From assembly GCA_963752155.1 (NCBI GenBank), contig CAVVXH010000015.1, forward strand, positions 64,001-128,000: a DNA stretch of 64,000 nucleotides. Direction: 5' to 3'. Of the stretch, positions 19,447-30,369 are shown piece after piece (positions within the stretch are counted from its first letter, which is position 1; each line of letters starts with the position of its first letter). The position numbers were made by a program, and so were the translations under genes. Below the pieces are notes generated by a model. The model saw nothing but the letters and a program-made list of their open reading frames with translations. It was not told the origin of the DNA and made no database searches. Origin of the DNA: an uncultured Parachlamydiaceae bacterium (lineage in GTDB: Bacteria > Chlamydiota > Chlamydiia > Chlamydiales > Parachlamydiaceae).

Positions 19447-21312
19447 GTGAATGAAATTAATAATCCTATATCAGAGGCTTTAGTCTATTGGACAAGTCCA
19501 CAAACTTTGGAAATAATAAAAATTGATCCCTTCATTACTGAAAAAATAGTTCAACTTGCCCTACATATTCGAAATCAAATAGAGGATACTTACAAAGAAA
19601 AGGCCATTGAATGCTGCAAGGAGCGAATTTTTACAATAGGGAATGTGAGTTTATTATTAAAAGCTGTTCATACTTTTGATCAAGTTTTTCCATCGGAAAG
19701 CTCTCCGAAAAGGACATTAATTTTTGAAAATGGCGAAGAAAGGATTTTTTCAGCTTTAGAGCTTAAATTCTTAACCAAAGTTTCAGAGTTTTTTGAATTA
19801 TTTTTGGGAAATAAATTCCTTCAAGGTAACCAACCGACTCTATCTTTAAAAAATATTCAAAAAAGTGTTTTTGACGCCCTATTTCTATCTCTTGAAAATG
19901 GAATGATAAAGGATGTGGATCAAGCATTTGATATTCTAAAATTATCTGCATTTTTACAAATGACTCATTCTCCCGCTGAAACATTTATCAAAAATATGTG
20001 GTCATTTGAAGAAGATCACCCACGAATTTTAAAGCTTGCTAATCAACTAGAAATTCGAAGTTTAAACGGCCCTGTTCGCTCTCATCTTGCTGAATTTCTT
20101 ATATATGCTATTAACCAAGCTGTTTGTAGAGACAAAAATCCTCAAGAATATCTTGAAGGGCTTAAAAATTTAGATCCCTCAAAAATTTGTTTTACTTTAG
20201 ACACTCTCGACGAAGTTTTTGAGATCGTCTTGGAGAAACTTCCTAATTTAGCTGAACTAGACCAATATAGAACAGAATACTATTTATCTTCCGGCCTAAA
20301 GCATTTGAGTAAATTAACCAGCTTAACGACTCTCAAATTCAATGGTATCCAAAAATTAAATGATCAAAATGTTTCAGTTGTTAGTCAATTAATAAGTTTG
20401 ACATCGCTTGATCTTAGCTTCAAAAAAATTAGTGATGCAGGAATTAAATCCTTCGCCACCTTAGCCAATTTAAAAAATTTAGATCTTCACTATAATGATA
20501 AAATTTCTGACGATGGAGTACAGGTCATTGCCCAATTGCGTAATCTTGAAATTATAAATATAAGTCACTGTGCAGGTATTTCTAATGCAGCTTTGCACCA
20601 CCTCAAACTGCTTTCATTGCAAAAGCTCTTTATAGGAGGATGTTCGATTACTGATGAGGGATTAGAGCATTTAATTTGTCAAACTAAATTAATTGAATTA
20701 TATATTGATAATTGCAAAAAAGTTACAAATAAAGGTTGTAATTATATTTCTCCATTGACAAATTTAACTATTCTTAGCTTAAGATCCGATTTAATCAGTA
20801 ACCAAGGTATTTTGTCTCTTTCCTCTCTTAAGAAACTTTCTGAACTTGATATAAGTAATTGTGAAAATCTATCAGATGAAAGTCTTAAGTTCCTTTCAAC
20901 CAATAATACTCAGCTTGCTAAACTGGAGCTTTCTAGAGGGAAAAAATATACTGAGCGCGGTTTCAGTCATTTCCCCAAACTCCCCAATCTCACGGAGCTA
21001 GATCTTGGTGAATGTACCGGATTTTCAGATTATGATATTAAGTATTTCTTTACATTAACGAAACTTCAAAGTTTAGAATTAAGCGAAACGGAGATCTCTA
21101 ATATTGGACTTGAAATGATTACTAAATTGCCTTTGATCACTTATTTGGGAATTAAACGTAGTCGAATCAGGGGATACGGTCTCTCATCTATATATAAAAT
21201 GCCGCAACTTCGCACTCTTGTGTTCGGAAATAAAAATAATTTTGATAAAGAAGACTTGGTAAAACTTAAAAATAAATTTCCACATCTTGAACTACAAAAT
21301 CTGGGGGGTTGA
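19447..21312 (+). CDS. BTB/POZ-like plus leucine-rich repeat protein (effector-like)
   Basis: L...SEFF..F BTB-like segment followed by many L..L.L...ISD.G LRRs; AAGGAG/GAGG RBS. Confidence 0.85.
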   Translation: MNEINNPISEALVYWTSPQTLEIIKIDPFITEKIVQLALHIRNQIEDTYKEKAIECCKERIFTIGNVSLLLKAVHTFDQVFPSESSPKRTLIFENGEERIFSALELKFLTKVSEFFELFLGNKFLQGNQPTLSLKNIQKSVFDALFLSLENGMIKDVDQAFDILKLSAFLQMTHSPAETFIKNMWSFEEDHPRILKLANQLEIRSLNGPVRSHLAEFLIYAINQAVCRDKNPQEYLEGLKNLDPSKICFTLDTLDEVFEIVLEKLPNLAELDQYRTEYYLSSGLKHLSKLTSLTTLKFNGIQKLNDQNVSVVSQLISLTSLDLSFKKISDAGIKSFATLANLKNLDLHYNDKISDDGVQVIAQLRNLEIINISHCAGISNAALHHLKLLSLQKLFIGGCSITDEGLEHLICQTKLIELYIDNCKKVTNKGCNYISPLTNLTILSLRSDLISNQGILSLSSLKKLSELDISNCENLSDESLKFLSTNNTQLAKLELSRGKKYTERGFSHFPKLPNLTELDLGECTGFSDYDIKYFFTLTKLQSLELSETEISNIGLEMITKLPLITYLGIKRSRIRGYGLSSIYKMPQLRTLVFGNKNNFDKEDLVKLKNKFPHLELQNLGG

Positions 21313-21587
21313 CACAGAAAAAATGTAACTATACACGTCCCTATTTGCAGCAAACGTAAAGGCGGCGGCGCTAGCATGCCTTCACGTTTGCTGCACAAAG
21401 TCAATGATTACGGTGTTGGTTGGCTGTCACACCACACCCCTAGTATGAAGGTGCTTTAAGGTAGTGAAGTGACTCAACATCGGAATCCATACGCATCAGG
21501 ATAAGGAAATTAACATTAACATTAACACGCATCATTAACACGCATTCACGATGTTGTCGGGATATTTTTTTTTATGTAGACGTAATC

Positions 21588-22136
21588 AACGATACAACGA
21601 TACAACGATAAAACGATAAAAACGATAAAAACGATAAGAACGATAAGAACGATAAAAACGATAAAAACGATAAAAAACGATAAAAAACGATAAGAACGAT
21701 AAGAACGATAAAAAACGATAAAAAACGATAAAAAATGATAAAAAATGATAAAAAATGATAAAAAATGATAAAAAACGATAAGAATGATAGAAATATTTGT
21801 GGAATACTCAGTGCGTCACAGATTTCTTCTAGATTAGTCGAAAAGTCTTCATTGCTTTGCAGTAATTTCCTATGCCGGAAATTTACTAACAAACCGATTT
21901 AAAGTTGAGAAACTTTTAAATAGTTGAATAATTGCGCCTGATATTCGCAAACCAAACTTTTACAACATTTTAATTTCACGATTACGGTTTTTCATACAAC
22001 CAGACTTCTTCCATCGTTTTTATAGTTTTTTATCGTTCTTATCGTTTTTATCGTTTTTATCGTTCTTATCGTTTTTATCGTTTTTATCGTTCTTATCGTT
22101 TTTATCGTTCTTATCGTTTCTATCGTTTTTACCGTT
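21588..22136. repeat. Family D: inverted pair of 9-bp tandem arrays (AAAAACGAT/AAGAACGAT)n ... (ATCGTTTTT/ATCGTTCTT)n
   Basis: Forward array 21588-21790, reverse array 22013-22136. Confidence 0.93.
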
Positions 22137-22291
22137 GACCCACAGTAGCAACAGAACGGGTCAAGCTGTATACTCGGAATGCATACGCATCAGGATTCAG
22201 GATTCAGGATAAGGAAATAAAATTTTAATTTCCTTATTTCCTTATCCTTATCTTTTCCATATCCAATGATGACCTACAATTGCGCAATAAC

Positions 22292-24376
22292 TCATTTTTT
22301 GACGTTTTTCTTTTTGCAAGTACTAATAAACGCATGAAAAGCAGGAATCTGCCGCAGAGTCACTAGCCAATCATCTTGCATCATTTCAGTGACTGAAGGT
22401 AATGCATTATAAAGATCGGCCTTTTCTAAATAAAACATTCCGGCATAAGAGTTTCCCATTAAAGAATGATAACACGCTAAATTATAATAGGCTTGAGAAC
22501 ACCCTAGATGAGCTGCTTTTAAAAATTTAGCTTCAGCTTCTTCAAAACATTTTCGACTTTTGTAAGGGAGGGCTGCATCGTGAACCAATTGAGCTAAGTT
22601 CATATGGGTTAAACCACACTCATTCCAAGCCATCTCATCCTCAAAATCTCGACCAATAACTTCTTCAAAAAAGTCAATCGCTCTTTCCAAACATTCCGCA
22701 TCACCGATTAACTCCCCTAAATGGGAAAGAGCTAAAGCAAGATTATACTTAACATGAGGATGATTCGGTTCACTCTGAAGCACTTTTTGCAACGCAATAA
22801 TGGCTTTTTCATAATAGATAGGTTCTTCAGAAAAATCCCCTAAAAAATCATAGGCACATCCATAATTATAGAGAAGTTCTGCATCGCACTCTTGCTTCTC
22901 ACTCCAGGACTTTTGCAGTTTAACAGCATTCTCGAATTTTTCAATAGCCGCAATCGCATAGAGTTTATCGTGAGTGAGCTCTCCTAATTTCATTAATGCC
23001 ACTCCCCAATCATTCCAACATTGCGGCTGGGACACTGCGCCATTCTCCATAGCCTTTGCACAGAAATTGCAAGACTTTTCAATCCATGAGACATCTTCTT
23101 TGAGCTCACCTATGGCAAAGTGACTGTACGCTAAGCCGTGCCAAAGCAATACAGAATTTTTATTAATGGCCAAACCTTGGAGGAATTTACTTATTGCCTC
23201 ATGAAACCAAGATTCATGATTAAAATAACGTCCCAATTCATTCAAACAACACCCATAAAGATGCCAAACAAGATCATTTTCCGGCTGTAAAGACGCACTT
23301 AATGCAAATTTCTCTTCTGCAGCCTTTAAGAGAACAACTTGTTCAGTGAGAGCTCCGACAATCATCAATGCTTCACCCCAACAATATAAAATATTGGGAT
23401 TGTTCATCTCAAGCGAATCGGCTATAGCAAATCTTTCTGCAGAGCTTTGCAAAAGCGAAACATTTTCATTTTGTTTAGCATGCTCAAGCTCTAACTGTCC
23501 CCACTTAAACCAGATCATCAAATGCCCAGGATCCATTTTAGCTGCATTGGAAAAACTTCTCTGAGCCAAACTAAAATAATCAGACTCATCAGTATTTTCA
23601 AATAATAACATGTAGCATAATCCTAAAGCATACCACGCTTCTACAGACTCATGGGACCTTTGGAGCGAATGTTGATAACATTCAATAGCTTCAAAATGAA
23701 AACTTGCGTTCCCTAAAAGCTGGGCTAGTTCAAAATGAATATCTCCATCATCTTTAAAGAAATCGGCATCTTCAAGGCCCAACTTTCTTGCTACGCGAAA
23801 ATTTTCACGTGCATTAAAGAAATCGAGGGCTTCTCCGCTGTTTTTCCCTAAAAGAAAAAGAATTTTCCCCCAATCCCAAAAAAAACGAGCCTGAACAGGA
23901 TTCTCTTCGTTAGAAACAGAATTCGCTAATTCCTTGCAAACATGATTCGCTCGAATAAGATAGCTTTCATCTTCTACAAGCATTGCTTTACCTAAAAGCA
24001 CTTGAACATAGGTGTGACCAAGGTTAAAATTAAAAGGGTAAAGCGATAAACTTTGTTCTAAAGCCCTAAGGGCTGCACTCAGGTACTTTACATTATTGAT
24101 CCCTTGTGTCAAATAAACTTTAACAACCAAATCTAAAATCTTACAACTATTCGGGGAAATCCTCATTGCCTTTTCAAGCAAGTCTGCAGCCTTAGGATCG
24201 TTTAAATTAAAAAGTTCTTCCCCCCTCAAAACAAACAATTGCCCCAAAAGCTCCCTATCGGAAACGCCCAAGGAGCTCCAACTGGTTGAATCTTTATAAG
24301 GCTCCAGAACCTCAAATCCCCTAGCTTGATAAGCCTCTTGCAATTGACCAAAAAATGAAGAATTTTCTTCTGTCAT
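22292..24376 (-). CDS. Tetratricopeptide-repeat protein
   Basis: Multiple TPR-like W..WG.AL..LG and YNLA motifs. Confidence 0.88.
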   Translation of the reverse strand: MTEENSSFFGQLQEAYQARGFEVLEPYKDSTSWSSLGVSDRELLGQLFVLRGEELFNLNDPKAADLLEKAMRISPNSCKILDLVVKVYLTQGINNVKYLSAALRALEQSLSLYPFNFNLGHTYVQVLLGKAMLVEDESYLIRANHVCKELANSVSNEENPVQARFFWDWGKILFLLGKNSGEALDFFNARENFRVARKLGLEDADFFKDDGDIHFELAQLLGNASFHFEAIECYQHSLQRSHESVEAWYALGLCYMLLFENTDESDYFSLAQRSFSNAAKMDPGHLMIWFKWGQLELEHAKQNENVSLLQSSAERFAIADSLEMNNPNILYCWGEALMIVGALTEQVVLLKAAEEKFALSASLQPENDLVWHLYGCCLNELGRYFNHESWFHEAISKFLQGLAINKNSVLLWHGLAYSHFAIGELKEDVSWIEKSCNFCAKAMENGAVSQPQCWNDWGVALMKLGELTHDKLYAIAAIEKFENAVKLQKSWSEKQECDAELLYNYGCAYDFLGDFSEEPIYYEKAIIALQKVLQSEPNHPHVKYNLALALSHLGELIGDAECLERAIDFFEEVIGRDFEDEMAWNECGLTHMNLAQLVHDAALPYKSRKCFEEAEAKFLKAAHLGCSQAYYNLACYHSLMGNSYAGMFYLEKADLYNALPSVTEMMQDDWLVTLRQIPAFHAFISTCKKKNVKK

Positions 24377-24441
24377 AATAATCTACTTGGTTAAAACGTC
24401 TATATGTTAAGTTTAGCAATTTCAAACTTTTTTATCAATTC

Positions 24442-25182
24442 TTAACTATCTTTCTTTTGTTCAACATGAGAGTTAATGAAAAACCAATCTGGATGCTCTT
24501 CCATAGCCTCTAAGAGATCTTTATAAGTAAATTGATTGTTGGCGGGATAAAGGGTTTCAATAAGATTTTTAATTAATTGAAAATCCTCTTGAGTATCCAC
24601 TGTCCATCGAAAACGAGAATCGTCGATATCCCCTAAAACCTTAGCTAATCTAAATCGATGAGGATGAGAATAAATAAATGAAGTGACATGCTCCCGATCG
24701 CTAACCTTCACAGCTCTTTCTGCAGCCTCATTTAAACTTTTAAAGGAAAAAACTTCTACATCCATACCACGGGGATAAGTACGTATGAGTGTATTAGAAA
24801 CATAATCAATTTCGGGATAAAGGGATAAATAACGCTGGACAACTTTATCAATGATCTCAGGAGCGATCAAAGGACAATCAGCGGTGATACGCACAATAAC
24901 TTCCACAGAAAATTTCTGTGCTGCTCCCAAGAAGCGTCCAAGCACGTCTTCAGAATCACCTCTATAGTATGAAATTGAAGCCCTCTCACAAAAAGAGGCT
25001 ATAGGGTCATCACTTTCTTGATCTGTAGTGGCAACGACAACATCTTGTAAAGCTGGTACACGAGCCACCCTTTCAAGCAAGAACTCTAAAAGAGGTTTTC
25101 CTAAGACTTTTTTCATAACTTTACCTGGCAATCGCACGGACCCTTGCCTTGCCTGAATAATCGCAGCTACTTTTGGATTCAC
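24442..25182 (-). CDS. SpsF-like cytidylyltransferase/glycosyltransferase
   Basis: IIQAR.GS.RLPGKVM, RITADCPL, RWTVDT.ED motifs. Confidence 0.9.
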   Translation of the reverse strand: MNPKVAAIIQARQGSVRLPGKVMKKVLGKPLLEFLLERVARVPALQDVVVATTDQESDDPIASFCERASISYYRGDSEDVLGRFLGAAQKFSVEVIVRITADCPLIAPEIIDKVVQRYLSLYPEIDYVSNTLIRTYPRGMDVEVFSFKSLNEAAERAVKVSDREHVTSFIYSHPHRFRLAKVLGDIDDSRFRWTVDTQEDFQLIKNLIETLYPANNQFTYKDLLEAMEEHPDWFFINSHVEQKKDS

Positions 25183-25308
25183 TTTTTCCTTTCCTATTAA
25201 AATTTAAGAAGCTATAAGCTTGTGCTTTAAGAACTTGCGCCTTAAATAGATATTATGCGAAATTGTTAATACTTTTGCACAACTTTTGGTAATCATGGAG
25301 CGAAGAAA

Positions 25309-27348
25309 ATGCGACGATCTATCTGCTATTGCAATCCCAGCACCACTTTAGCTGGTAAAATTAATACCTGGAAATTCATTTATACACCTGCCGTCAATTT
25401 ACCGAAAGGGGCACGGCTAACTTTTGATTTAGGAAGCAGCGGTCGTGACATCGATTGGCAAGTTCCCACTGTAGATCTTTCTAAGACTAGCAATGTCATT
25501 TACGCAAAGCTAGAAAATGGCAAGATTATTCAGGCAAAAGAAGTCGAGATTCCAGACAGTTATACGCCGCAATTTGAATTTACTCTCCCTGTAGAACTCC
25601 CTGCCGGAAGTAGCTTCACGATCATCGTAGGAGCTCCTAAAGAAGGGGTAAGCACTTCTGTTAAAAATGGGACCAGGGCTCAAACGATGGCCCAACGTCG
25701 ACGAACATTTACTCTTAACATCGATACAAGCACCAAAGGTAAAAGCAAAGTAAAAACAGAAGAACCTGAAATCTTTACAATGGATGTCCGCGGAAATGAA
25801 CTGAGCCGCATCATTGTTTTAACCCCTTCATTTGTTGTGCGAAACAGACGTTTTGATGTGACTGTTCGCTTCGAAGACCAATTTGGAAATCTAACGAGCG
25901 AAACAAATCCAAATACCCTCATCGAGCTTTCCTATGAACATTTGCGCGAAAATCTCAATTGGAAGCTATTTGTGCCCGAAACCGGATTCATTTCCCTTCC
26001 CAACCTTTACTTCAATGATCCCGGTGTATACACAATAAGGCTCCATAACACCCTTACAAAACAAACTTTTAATTCCCCCCCCATCAAATGTTTTGCTGAA
26101 TCAAATAAAAGCTTATTTTGGGGTCTTTTGCACGGAGAATCTGAAAGGATTGATTCGACTGAAAACATTGAAAGTTGCCTAAGATACTTCAGAGATGACA
26201 AATCTGAAAATTTCTTTGCATCTTCACCGTTTGAAAGCGCAGAAGAAACTCCATTGGAGATTTGGAAATCGATCTGCCAACATATTACAGACTTTGATGA
26301 AGCCAACCGATTCACCGCTTTTATCGGTTTCCAGTGGCAAGGCGAAGGCTCTAAAGAAGGAATAAGACAAATTCTTTATGCTAAAGACAACCGGCAAATT
26401 TTACGTAAAAAAGATGCTAAATACAACATGCTCGATAAAATCTATAAAAGCTTTGCCCCCAAGGATATGATCTCAATCCCTTCATTTACAATGGGAAAGG
26501 GGCTTGGATATGATTTTAACAATTATGTTCCGGAATTTGAACGCGTTGTCGAAATTTACAATGCTTGGGGTTCTTCAGAATGCCTTCAAAAAGAAGGTAA
26601 TACTCGCCCTATCCGCGCAAATGGAAAAAAAGGAATCTCTGAAATGGCTAGCGGCTCTTTGCAAAAAGCTTTGCAACGCAATTGCCGCTTTGGATTTGTT
26701 GCAGGTGGTCTGGATGACCGAGGAGCCTATATCGACTTCTTTGACAGTGATCAAGAACAATATTCACCTGGTCTTACAGCCATTATTGCAACTGAACATT
26801 CTCGGTCAGCACTTTTTGAAGCCCTCTACAATCGATCATGCTACGCAACAACAGGCAAACGAATCATTTTAGGTCTCTATCTTGCTTCATATGGGATGGG
26901 TTCCGAAACAAGCACTGCACAAAAACACGGGTTCCTTTTCAATAGGCATCTCCATGGCTTTGTTGCCGGAACGACGACCCTCAAAAGTGTCGAAATCATT
27001 CGCAACGGTTTAGTCATTCAATCTTACTCACCGGATAACTATAAACTTGATTTCGCTTACGATGACATGTCTCCGCTACAAAGTGTTTCAATTGATGCTA
27101 AAGACAAAAAACCACCCTTTGTCTATTACTACTTGCGTGTCACTCAGATTGACGGCCACATGGCATGGAGTTCCCCTATTTGGGTAGATTATATTCCAGG
27201 AAGTGCAACGGGAAAAAGCACCATCAAGTTGCGCCAGCCAAAGCCTAGTAAAGCAGCTCTCGATTATACTGAAATTGATGAAGACCTAAGTGGACTGGAT
27301 TTAGATGAAGATGAAAACGATGATGATAACGTGGATACATTAGGATAG
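25309..27348 (+). CDS. DUF3604-domain conserved chlamydial protein
   Basis: MRRSICY N-terminus, WGLLHGESER, YYYLRVTQ.DGHMAWSSPIWVD. Confidence 0.85.
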   Translation: MRRSICYCNPSTTLAGKINTWKFIYTPAVNLPKGARLTFDLGSSGRDIDWQVPTVDLSKTSNVIYAKLENGKIIQAKEVEIPDSYTPQFEFTLPVELPAGSSFTIIVGAPKEGVSTSVKNGTRAQTMAQRRRTFTLNIDTSTKGKSKVKTEEPEIFTMDVRGNELSRIIVLTPSFVVRNRRFDVTVRFEDQFGNLTSETNPNTLIELSYEHLRENLNWKLFVPETGFISLPNLYFNDPGVYTIRLHNTLTKQTFNSPPIKCFAESNKSLFWGLLHGESERIDSTENIESCLRYFRDDKSENFFASSPFESAEETPLEIWKSICQHITDFDEANRFTAFIGFQWQGEGSKEGIRQILYAKDNRQILRKKDAKYNMLDKIYKSFAPKDMISIPSFTMGKGLGYDFNNYVPEFERVVEIYNAWGSSECLQKEGNTRPIRANGKKGISEMASGSLQKALQRNCRFGFVAGGLDDRGAYIDFFDSDQEQYSPGLTAIIATEHSRSALFEALYNRSCYATTGKRIILGLYLASYGMGSETSTAQKHGFLFNRHLHGFVAGTTTLKSVEIIRNGLVIQSYSPDNYKLDFAYDDMSPLQSVSIDAKDKKPPFVYYYLRVTQIDGHMAWSSPIWVDYIPGSATGKSTIKLRQPKPSKAALDYTEIDEDLSGLDLDEDENDDDNVDTLG

Positions 27349-27355
27349 ATATTTA

Positions 27356-28084
27356 ATGCCCCTCTATACCAAGCAAAACCCTAAAACAATTCAATCGATG
27401 TTCGGTTCGATTGCTAAAAGCTATGATCGAACCAATGCCATCCTCTCCTTTCAATTGCATCGTTTATGGAATCGAAAACTGATGCAAACAATAATGGAAG
27501 ACCGAAAGGAAGATTCGTACTCGATTGCAGATCTTTGCTGTGGTACAGGAGCCATCACACTTCCTTGGCTAACAGCTCAAAGGGCCAAACAAAGAGTCTA
27601 TCTGGTCGATTTTTGCGCAGAGATGCTAGAATGTGCTAAACAAAAAGCCCATGATTTAAAGGTTAATGAACTCCATTCCATTCAAATCATCAATGCAGAT
27701 GTTCAACAGCTCCCTCTTGAGACTTCTAGCATTGACTATGCGACCCTTGCCTATGGAATCCGCAATGTTAGCTCTCCCCAAAAATGCTTTCAAGAGGCCT
27801 TTCGCGCCTTAAAAACAGGCGGTGCATTAGGAATACTTGAACTGACAGAACCGGAAAATAGATTTCTTCGCCTAGGGCATCAAATCTATTTAAAAACCGC
27901 ATTGCCTTTGCTTGGGAAACTCTTCACGAAAAATGAAGAAGCTTACCAATATCTAAGTCGCAGCATCCAAACTTTTATCAAGCCTATAGAACTTAAGCTG
28001 CTTTTGAAGGAAACAGGCTTCAGTTCTGTAAAGATCATTCCTTTGTCTTTTGGGATAGCAACCATTCTGATCGCTGAAAAATAA
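27356..28084 (+). CDS. ubiE: Demethylmenaquinone methyltransferase (UbiE/MenG)
   Basis: MFGSIA..YDRTN, DLCCGTG, YGIRNV, AYQYL..SI. Confidence 0.92.
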   Translation: MPLYTKQNPKTIQSMFGSIAKSYDRTNAILSFQLHRLWNRKLMQTIMEDRKEDSYSIADLCCGTGAITLPWLTAQRAKQRVYLVDFCAEMLECAKQKAHDLKVNELHSIQIINADVQQLPLETSSIDYATLAYGIRNVSSPQKCFQEAFRALKTGGALGILELTEPENRFLRLGHQIYLKTALPLLGKLFTKNEEAYQYLSRSIQTFIKPIELKLLLKETGFSSVKIIPLSFGIATILIAEK

Positions 28085-28105
28085 GCTATCTGTTAAACAA
28101 TATAA

Positions 28106-29452
28106 TTACCTCATTTTAGGTAGATAAACTTCAGTAATACGAGTAAGAAATTTATTTACAGGAACTACGTCCCGCAATATCCCCTCCACCCTTTCCCCAT
28201 TGATTATTCCATCCACCGGTATTCCATTCACTGGTATTCCATTCACCACTCTATTCACCAATAATGTCCCATTTACTAGTACTCCATCCACCGTTCCATT
28301 AACTGGTATTCCATTCACTTGTACCCCATTCGCTCGCGTTCGAATCATCTTTACTTCCCCCTGAAGCGGATACAGCACTACTTTTGGACCCTTAGGCACA
28401 TCTGATAATACTTCATGAAACAAAATGCTGGGTTTCTGTTTTAACCGACTTACACAACTTTTAGGTATATTTGTCAGAGATATGTTAAGACTAAATATAC
28501 GATTTATATTTTCAGAAAGATCGGTCAAACCGATACACTTATAAGCATCAATCTTGACTATCATAGGCATTTCTCTAGGAAGCGCAGTGAGAATGGGAGA
28601 TTCGCTACACCTGAGATTTGTCAATTCTAACATGACCTCTGGAATCTTAGTTAATTTTTCACAATAACAACACTCAAGGGTCTCAAGATGGCTCCAATCA
28701 TCTGTCAATATTTTTAAACTCGTGGAATTGACTATAAGATGCTTAATATTTAAGCTGACTTTTGTATCAACTAATTTTTTAATAATATTATCAATTGGGT
28801 CTATCCAATTGGATAAATTTACAACTGAAAATGCAACTGTGCGATGAAAAGTACGTAATGGTTTTTGGAGACGATCATATTCCCGTTGGTGATTCTGATC
28901 CCAAAAACGACCTCTTAATTTATAATTAAATATTGTTACCTTATGGTAGGCACTCAGCTCCAAATTTTTTGGAGTATAATTTTGATCAACCCCTTGTAAA
29001 TGCGCTGAGGAGAGAAATTCTACAATTTGTTCTAGCTTAGTTATATACATACCCTGCAATTGTCGTTGAAATTTGAGATACTCATGCTCGGTATTCCATT
29101 CTATATCGTTGTTAAGGATCAAATTAGCCCAAAATTTTGAAACACAGGCCAACACTCTATAGTCTTTTCCAGTTGGATATTCGTTGCAATAATAATTTTT
29201 AGATAAATATAGATGAGGTAAAATACTCTTCCTGACAAGATCAGCATCAAGTTGAGGAACAGGGCAAAACTTCTCTTCAGTCAAATCTATGATGATTTGG
29301 TCTTGTTCTCCTAGAGCTTGCATCGTTTGGTTCAGGACTTTTTGTTTTTTAGCTGGGCTTTCAGATTCATAAGTTTCTAGAATGTTTGACTGCTGAAAAC
29401 TTAGAGGGGCTTGAAATAGGTCCTCTCGACCTCTTTTTGAATCTGGAATCAT
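28106..29452 (-). CDS. Effector-like protein with F-box-like segment, short LRR region and C-terminal VNG repeats
   Basis: LACVSKFW F-box-like end; L..L...C.KLTKIP LRRs; VNGIPVNG repeats. Confidence 0.7.
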   Translation of the reverse strand: MIPDSKRGREDLFQAPLSFQQSNILETYESESPAKKQKVLNQTMQALGEQDQIIIDLTEEKFCPVPQLDADLVRKSILPHLYLSKNYYCNEYPTGKDYRVLACVSKFWANLILNNDIEWNTEHEYLKFQRQLQGMYITKLEQIVEFLSSAHLQGVDQNYTPKNLELSAYHKVTIFNYKLRGRFWDQNHQREYDRLQKPLRTFHRTVAFSVVNLSNWIDPIDNIIKKLVDTKVSLNIKHLIVNSTSLKILTDDWSHLETLECCYCEKLTKIPEVMLELTNLRCSESPILTALPREMPMIVKIDAYKCIGLTDLSENINRIFSLNISLTNIPKSCVSRLKQKPSILFHEVLSDVPKGPKVVLYPLQGEVKMIRTRANGVQVNGIPVNGTVDGVLVNGTLLVNRVVNGIPVNGIPVDGIINGERVEGILRDVVPVNKFLTRITEVYLPKMR

Positions 29453-29594
29453 ATGTTACCTTTTCTATAATACTTTAATCCTTGGCTAAGGCGAAATGTG
29501 TAAAAGTTATTGCCTTAAGAATTAAAACGATATCATTAATCGAAATTCATGGGAAGAATAAAAGACGAGGGCTATCAGCAGGTTCCATAGAAGT

Positions 29595-30227
29595 CTATGA
29601 AGATTCAACTTTAACACGCTCGAATGAAGCTATTTCTTTCAATAAAGGATCTTTAGCATTGGTTTCAATTTCCTGTATAGCTTTAACAATATATCTAGCT
29701 TTTTCTGGATATTTACGAAAATCTTTTTTTATACATTCTAATTGAGCTATTTGCTTTAAAAATTCATCTTGCATCATATTTTTAAATACTAAATCTCTAA
29801 AAGGATGATTGCTTTTAATAAGTTTAAGGCAAGCTAAAGATTTCCAAAAAGGATCTTGAATTTTCGCAAGAATCAAACCACTCTTTTGAAAATATTTTTT
29901 TTGGCTTACAAATGTTAACAATTTACAATCTTTAAAAGTAATTGATTTTGTTTGTGTTACATTTTTTTCTTTGTTAATCTCAAAAAACTTACTACGAAAC
30001 TGAGGATTTTCAGAAGCATAAAATTCAGTAAATAATTGAATGTATCCTGGATTATTAGGCATTTCTCTCCAAGGTTTATAAACATTACTAATTTGGAGTA
30101 ATTCATTATCGTTTAAATGAGAAAAAAATTTTAAAAGGATGTCTTCAGGCATAGCCTTGAGAGGTCCTTCTACTAAAGTACAGGGGTTAAATGCATTACA
30201 GATTGAATCAAACAGTTTTACATTCAC
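29595..30227 (-). CDS. F-box-like protein
   Basis: LKAMPEDILLKFFSHLNDNELLQISNVYKPW; GGAGG RBS. Confidence 0.75.
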   Translation of the reverse strand: MNVKLFDSICNAFNPCTLVEGPLKAMPEDILLKFFSHLNDNELLQISNVYKPWREMPNNPGYIQLFTEFYASENPQFRSKFFEINKEKNVTQTKSITFKDCKLLTFVSQKKYFQKSGLILAKIQDPFWKSLACLKLIKSNHPFRDLVFKNMMQDEFLKQIAQLECIKKDFRKYPEKARYIVKAIQEIETNAKDPLLKEIASFERVKVESS

Positions 30228-30369
30228 TGAATACCTCCATGATTTTAAAAATAATTATAACATAAACTATATTTAATAGTCAATCTAAAGCGCAGTACTA
30301 AGAAAAATTAAACGCAAAGCGAGACAGTTGCCTGCGGCGCTCCCTATTGAGAAATAACAAATTTTGAAA

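Noticed and set aside
21572..21892. 106-aa FLSFLSF ORF (also 54928..55161 and 45374..45556)
   Set aside because: Open frames are by-products of 9-bp repeats; no RBS or family motif
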